Shown here: piece by piece, positions 59,323 to 64,000 of the stretch | Layout: each line of letters begins with the position of its first letter | How positions within the stretch are numbered: position 1 is the stretch's first letter | Source of the DNA: an uncultured bacterium | GTDB taxonomy: Bacteria; Fermentibacterota; Fermentibacteria; Fermentibacterales; JCC-6 | Direction of reading: 5' to 3' | Assembly (NCBI GenBank): GCA_964426545.1 | Contig: CAYRQP010000007.1 | Location: forward strand, 36,534-100,533 | DNA length: 64,000 bases | Made by a program: the position numbers and the translations under genes | Notes under the pieces: model-generated | The model's database searches: none | Told to the model about the DNA's origin: nothing | Seen by the model: the letters and a program-made list of their open reading frames with translations, nothing else

Positions 59323-60873
59323 ATGACAAACAATCGCTTCTTCGGCGGACACGGCGGGAAAATTGCGCTGTTTCTCATAACTGTCTATTCCGTTCTTATC
59401 TGCTTCTCAGTTATCATGTCGCAAACTTACATACACGATGACAATATGTATGTAGCTGCAGGTATCCTTCTGGCAGAGAAACAGATCTATTCTGATTTCA
59501 CATATCTTCAGACACCTTATATGCCCTATCTGTACAATCTGGTCTTTAGACTCAATGACTATTCACGGCCCCTTCTTGTAGGGAAACTGTTCAAGTTCTT
59601 TCTGTCGGTAATCGAATTAGCATTGATCTACCTTCTGTTCAGACTTCTTTCGGGAAACAAGTGGCTGAGTGCGTCCTTCCTGCTGATTCTTGTGAACAAC
59701 AGGATATTCCGAAGCATTATACCATACATTCGAAATTACGACCTTGCATTGATATTGGCTCTTGGTGCTTTCCTGTTCTATTTTTACAGGCGGAGGAAGT
59801 CACAGGGCAGACTCTTGGTAACATATTTAATAACGGGGGTGCTCTCAGGAGCAGCCATTGGCGTAAAACTGACTTACGGTCTTATACCGCTCTGCTTTCT
59901 TATACCGCTGTTTATCGAATACCGGTTTTCTTCGAAGAGTTGGCGGCTTTTTGCATCATTCATTTCAGGCATGATCATGACTCTTATTCCTGCTATTGTT
60001 CTGACTCTCAGACCCGGGCCGGATGTAGGTTATTTTAATAACATCGGATACCATTCCCTAAATGTATCCTGGGTGATGACTGAAGTTACTGAATCGAGCG
60101 TGTATTTCCACGAAAAACTGCTTTACTTCCTTAACATATTCACCTGTGTCCAGTCTAATATTTTTGTTCTTTTGATTTTCATTTATGCGATATTCGTATC
60201 AGTCAAAGAGAAAATCTCCGTGAGATACAGCAATTCACCATATCCGGTCATACTCCTGTTTCTGTTTGCCGGTCTGTTGATGTTCTTCCTGCCGACTCCC
60301 TCGGGAGACGGGTATCTATATGCAGCCATACCTGCAACTCTCATGTTCATCTGTGTTCTTCATGGAAAATTTAGCGAAACAGGGAAGAAGAGGGTGTTGA
60401 TGTTATCCTGGACAGTTGCCGCTGTTCTTGTGCTTGGCAATGGAGCCCTCGACCATAAAATGATGAACACAGCTTTTATTCCTTCTGCATGGGGGCCGAA
60501 CAAGATGCATGAGTCGATACAGACTCTTGCTGATTATATTCCCGAAGAGCAGAGAGAGCAGCCCGTGGCAACGCTGCATTCCGCAGTTCCCCTCGAAATA
60601 GGAATGAACATATACACGGAATTTTCAAGCGGTGAATTCACCTGCAGGATTGCACACATTCTGTCGAAAACTGAACTCGACAGATATGGAATAACCGCTC
60701 CACGCTACATCTTATCTCTGCTCGGAGCAGATCCCCCATCCGCCATTATTGTCAATGCTGATATATCCAGATGGGAAGAGACTTTCATGGAGTATGCAGA
60801 AACGCATGGTTATGATGACTTCTACACACTCGACGGATATATATTCTACATAAGGACAGGGGAGCAGGAATGA
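59323..60873 (+). CDS. GT-C fold membrane glycosyltransferase-like protein (ArnT/PMT-like), paralog 1
   Basis: Polytopic, with a DD motif (IHDDNMY) in the first extracytoplasmic loop directly after TM1. C-terminal soluble domain of ~150 aa. Paralogous to the downstream gene. Confidence 0.45.
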   Translation: MTNNRFFGGHGGKIALFLITVYSVLICFSVIMSQTYIHDDNMYVAAGILLAEKQIYSDFTYLQTPYMPYLYNLVFRLNDYSRPLLVGKLFKFFLSVIELALIYLLFRLLSGNKWLSASFLLILVNNRIFRSIIPYIRNYDLALILALGAFLFYFYRRRKSQGRLLVTYLITGVLSGAAIGVKLTYGLIPLCFLIPLFIEYRFSSKSWRLFASFISGMIMTLIPAIVLTLRPGPDVGYFNNIGYHSLNVSWVMTEVTESSVYFHEKLLYFLNIFTCVQSNIFVLLIFIYAIFVSVKEKISVRYSNSPYPVILLFLFAGLLMFFLPTPSGDGYLYAAIPATLMFICVLHGKFSETGKKRVLMLSWTVAAVLVLGNGALDHKMMNTAFIPSAWGPNKMHESIQTLADYIPEEQREQPVATLHSAVPLEIGMNIYTEFSSGEFTCRIAHILSKTELDRYGITAPRYILSLLGADPPSAIIVNADISRWEETFMEYAETHGYDDFYTLDGYIFYIRTGEQE

Positions 60874-60898
60874 ACCAGCATTACTGCCGGAGGGGAAG

Positions 60899-62467
60899 AT
60901 GAAAATGACCGGCTTTGTAGAGACCTTCAGGGGAAATAGACTCCGCAGATTCGGAGTAACCCTTGCTGTTGTCTACTGTGTACTGATGTGCTTCACTACA
61001 GTAAGCAAAGTCATTCCTGTCCGCGATGACAATATGTACATTTCGTCGGCAGTTCTTCTCGAAGAGTACACCCTCTATGATGAATTTGCATATCTGCAAA
61101 CACCTTACATGCCGTATATCTACAATGCCATGTTCAAACCGTTCGGTTATGGCAGACCGCTTCTCATCGGGAAGATATTCAAGTTTCTGCTTGCAATGGG
61201 TATTCTCGGACTAACCTATGTCCTGATAAAGAAACTGTCAGGAAGCAGGGGTATTTCACTGGCGTTCATACTTATTATGGTTAACAACCAGATATTCCAG
61301 TTCAACATACTCTTTGTGCGGAATTATGATCTTCCGCTGCTGCTTACACTTGGTGCGTTCGTTTACCTTCTCTCGGGTCGTGCTTCACCTGTGTGGAGTA
61401 TAAGGAAGGCAATCGTCACGGGTGTTCTGTGCGGATTTTGCATTGGGATAAAACTCACATATGCACCGCTTCCCCTGGTTCTTCTCGTATCGATGGTACA
61501 CGAAAACGGAATATCGAAAGCACTTCTGCGGTATTTTGTCGCCTTCAGTATCAGCATGATCGTTGTTCTCATTCCTGCAATAGTAATTCTCATCCGGGTA
61601 GGATGGGACATTACATACTACAACAACCTGGGCTTCCACCTGCTGAACGCCGAGTGGTTCCGCGAACTTGCAGGAGACGAAGTAATAGCAACGAATGCTG
61701 CAATTACAGTATGGGAGAAAATAGAGTATTTCATATTTGTGCTGTTTCGAGAGTTTTCGAATGCGCTGCTAATGTTCCCGCTTCTTTTTGGAGCAGTGCT
61801 TCACAGGAAGCGATTAGGCGTGCTTCTACATAGCAGAGGAACTCACTTCTCGATGTTCCTGATGTTGTTCTTCATAGGGTTGCTGATGTTTTTTGCGGCT
61901 ACACCGTCCTGGCACTGGTATCTCTATCTGGTTACATTTTCTGCTGTCATCCTCGCATCTGTCATTTGCGGTGATATGTCCATTGAATTGAAACGGGTCA
62001 TGAAAGTAATAATCTGGTCTATTGCCATCATTCTGATATGCTCACACATAGAAGCAGATATCAAAATTCTTGGGAATGCATTCAAACCTTCCAAATGGGC
62101 GACAACTCAGGTTTATGATGACATGACAGCACTGAAGGAATTAGTACCGGATTCCGTCAGCATGCTTCCTATGGCAACTGTTCATACAGCCCTGGCACTC
62201 GAAGTCGGAATGGACATCTATCCTGAACTTGCCTGCGGTGACTTTACCTGCAGGACATCAGGTATGCTTACAGCGGAACAAAGGAGGAAATACAGTATTA
62301 TCGACCCGACCGAATTCGATTCCCTGTTCGCAAAAAGACCGCCGTGTGCTATCCTTATCAACGAGCAACCCTGCGGGTGGGAGGTTCCATTGGAACGCTA
62401 TGCAATCGAAAACGGATTCGAGAAGTACAGGTGGATGGATGGGTATAAGTTCTACGTAGCGAATTAA
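60899..62467 (+). CDS. GT-C fold membrane glycosyltransferase-like protein (ArnT/PMT-like), paralog 2
   Basis: Same architecture; VRDDNMY after TM1. Shares YLQTPYMPY, NYDL and a C-terminal FTCR..G...DGYxFY block with paralog 1. Confidence 0.45.
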   Translation: MKMTGFVETFRGNRLRRFGVTLAVVYCVLMCFTTVSKVIPVRDDNMYISSAVLLEEYTLYDEFAYLQTPYMPYIYNAMFKPFGYGRPLLIGKIFKFLLAMGILGLTYVLIKKLSGSRGISLAFILIMVNNQIFQFNILFVRNYDLPLLLTLGAFVYLLSGRASPVWSIRKAIVTGVLCGFCIGIKLTYAPLPLVLLVSMVHENGISKALLRYFVAFSISMIVVLIPAIVILIRVGWDITYYNNLGFHLLNAEWFRELAGDEVIATNAAITVWEKIEYFIFVLFREFSNALLMFPLLFGAVLHRKRLGVLLHSRGTHFSMFLMLFFIGLLMFFAATPSWHWYLYLVTFSAVILASVICGDMSIELKRVMKVIIWSIAIILICSHIEADIKILGNAFKPSKWATTQVYDDMTALKELVPDSVSMLPMATVHTALALEVGMDIYPELACGDFTCRTSGMLTAEQRRKYSIIDPTEFDSLFAKRPPCAILINEQPCGWEVPLERYAIENGFEKYRWMDGYKFYVAN

Positions 62468-62672
62468 AGGGACAGTATACTTAATTATGCATTTCGTACC
62501 CGACTTCACTTTTCCGCTTAAGACCTGACTGATTTACCAAATTCCTTTGTGGAATAAGTAACGTGTACAAGCATAGTGAAGTACAGTACTGGTTCATTAC
62601 AGAACCATAATTAAGTATACTGTCCCTTTAATTCTCTGTAAAACACCAATTAAGTATACTGTCCCTTTAATT
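62463..62672. repeat. 27-bp perfect inverted repeats (AATTAAAGGGACAGTATACTTAATTAT / ATAATTAAGTATACTGTCCCTTTAATT) flanking 117 nt, plus a third near-identical copy of the right arm 14 nt downstream
   Basis: Read from the sequence. IR-L at 62463-62489, IR-R at 62607-62633 and a third copy at 62648-62672. The arms overlap the stop codons of both convergent genes. Confidence 0.8.
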
Positions 62673-62677
62673 CGTTA

Positions 62678-64000
62678 TTACCAGAGCGCAGGATCACCCG
62701 GCAAATCCGTAAGAGCCTCTTCGTTGATTTGCAGGTGATACTTCAATTCAAGTTCCTGCAGCCATTCCATCAAAGCAAGTTCTTCAAGGCGGACTCTTGC
62801 ATTCTGTTCAAGAATCGGATAGCATTCTTCGAAAGAGGAAACTCTTTCAGGGATGACTTCCACCAACCTGAAAAGAGCACTTCCCTGAGATTCAGACAAT
62901 GGGAAGGGGCCTATCCATTTGGATGTGTTGTCCGGATCAATATCGAATACATGTTCACCATATCCGCCCGGTACTTCTGCAATTCCGACAGGGCGTGTAA
63001 TACGGCTTCCGGATTCATCCGCAAGCAGATAATCATATCCCGGAAGGTCAGCAATAATATCAGTGTGGTCTCCAGCGGAAACGGCTTCGTTGTATTCATC
63101 CTCACGCTCAAAAGGGAGCAGTGCTATTTCAATAATACGCCTTTCTTCGATTAGAGTGGGTGCGGTCATGTTCTCATATTCATATTCTATATCCGCATCG
63201 GTTATTTCAACTCGTTCGTCCAGTATCTGTCCAACCAATTCTTCAGCGACCATCTCGAGTATCCATGATTCCGATTCCACATAAAGTGAATCGACGATTT
63301 CAGGAGCTTCTTCTGTAAGCACATCATTGAGAATCTGATGGAGGAGCATATTGTCTATAAGAAAGTAAAGCCATTGCGGGGTTGACGGCTGAGTAGGCAT
63401 TCGTGTTTCTGCAAACTCGATTTCGTACCTGAAGTTGCCGGCGGTCCAGTTCTGGAAATCCGACTCTATGATTACGGTATTGTCATCGATATCACAGTTG
63501 CCCGCATAGTATTCAGCCAGAGTAAGAACAGCTGCAGAGTCAATTACAATGCTGTAATCAGCGAACATCGATTCCTGCCAGTCGATATATTGCCGTCTCA
63601 CACGTCCCTGTGAGATTTTAGAGACAGCCATGTTCTCGAAAGATATGGTATCGGCAATTGCTTCCGCTACCAGAGCAGGAGAGGTAACCACGATTGAGTC
63701 AAGCCTGACTGTTATACCGTCTGTAGTTTCTCCGGTGTCTCCAACCGCAAGTGAGTCAAGACAGAATGCGAGTTCGAAGGGCAGTTCTGCAAGATGGTCC
63801 GGTCCTTCTTCAATAGCAATTTGTCCATTTGGATTTAAGGTATACCAGACAGATGTCCCCACGAGCATCCGGTAGTTGTCGAGGTCTTCATCTGTCACAT
63901 TTTCAACTGCAATCGATGAGAGAACTTCCCTGCAGGCTATAGCACCTTCAATTCGTCGCCAGAGATTTCCGAATGCTATTATGCGTTCATCATCGAAATT
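62678..64000 (-). CDS. periplasmic SurA/PpiD-like chaperone-like protein; partial, N-terminus beyond window end
   Basis: Minus-strand frame stays open past the track start (GTG at 63898) to the window edge, by hand translation. C-terminal LALMEWLQELELKYHLQIN resembles SurA-family C-termini. Weak call. Confidence 0.3.
   Translation of the reverse strand, partial: NFDDERIIAFGNLWRRIEGAIACREVLSSIAVENVTDEDLDNYRMLVGTSVWYTLNPNGQIAIEEGPDHLAELPFELAFCLDSLAVGDTGETTDGITVRLDSIVVTSPALVAEAIADTISFENMAVSKISQGRVRRQYIDWQESMFADYSIVIDSAAVLTLAEYYAGNCDIDDNTVIIESDFQNWTAGNFRYEIEFAETRMPTQPSTPQWLYFLIDNMLLHQILNDVLTEEAPEIVDSLYVESESWILEMVAEELVGQILDERVEITDADIEYEYENMTAPTLIEERRIIEIALLPFEREDEYNEAVSAGDHTDIIADLPGYDYLLADESGSRITRPVGIAEVPGGYGEHVFDIDPDNTSKWIGPFPLSESQGSALFRLVEVIPERVSSFEECYPILEQNARVRLEELALMEWLQELELKYHLQINEEALTDLPGDPALW

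Overview
This 64 kb window looks like part of a bacterial chromosome from an FCB-group-like diderm, judged by apparent type-IX-secretion C-terminal sorting domains and a PorP/SprF-like outer-membrane protein. Every call below rests on motifs read by eye in the translated ORFs; no database search or structure prediction was run.

Gene content in order:
- 1-18.9 kb: a large surface-polysaccharide biosynthesis locus. It holds a Wzx-like flippase that runs off the window start, 6 GT4-type glycosyltransferases, 2 NAD-dependent sugar epimerases, and an unusual set of decoration enzymes (details in findings).
- 18.98-20.76 kb: an SLC13/DASS permease with TrkA-C domains.
- 20.9-31.1 kb: a neighbourhood rich in secreted or outer-membrane proteins with DNA-binding or nuclease-type domains. 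These are a lamin-tail-domain protein, a ComEC-type MBL hydrolase with a T9SS-like C-terminal domain, a PorP/SprF-like outer-membrane protein, a comEA-like/beta-barrel/comEB-like operon, a RecJ-like DHH protein and a lipoprotein with duplicated OB-fold-like domains.
- 31.9-55.2 kb: mostly housekeeping genes: a ValRS-like tRNA synthetase, a giant GGDEF protein, uvrA, dnaK-grpE-dnaJ, a B12-binding radical SAM protein, metK, an M23 peptidase, holB, a PSP1/YaaT-like protein, metG, and one more GT4 glycosyltransferase at 54.0-55.2 kb.
- 55.4-64 kb: an S2P-family protease, a clan-CD (C25-like) peptidase with a T9SS type-A C-terminal domain, two tandem paralogous small secreted proteins, two tandem paralogous GT-C membrane glycosyltransferases, and a partial SurA-like gene running off the window end.

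Recurring non-coding elements include a family of G-rich palindromes (GGGGACGGAGGAG...) at convergent gene ends, and a 27-bp perfect inverted-repeat element at about 62.46-62.67 kb.

No CRISPR array, rRNA, obvious tRNA or transposase was found. I consider the most interesting candidate for an undescribed system to be the comEA-like/beta-barrel/comEB-like operon together with the surrounding extracellular DNA-handling genes, followed by the duplicated GT-C + secreted-protein module and the atypical polysaccharide decoration gene set.
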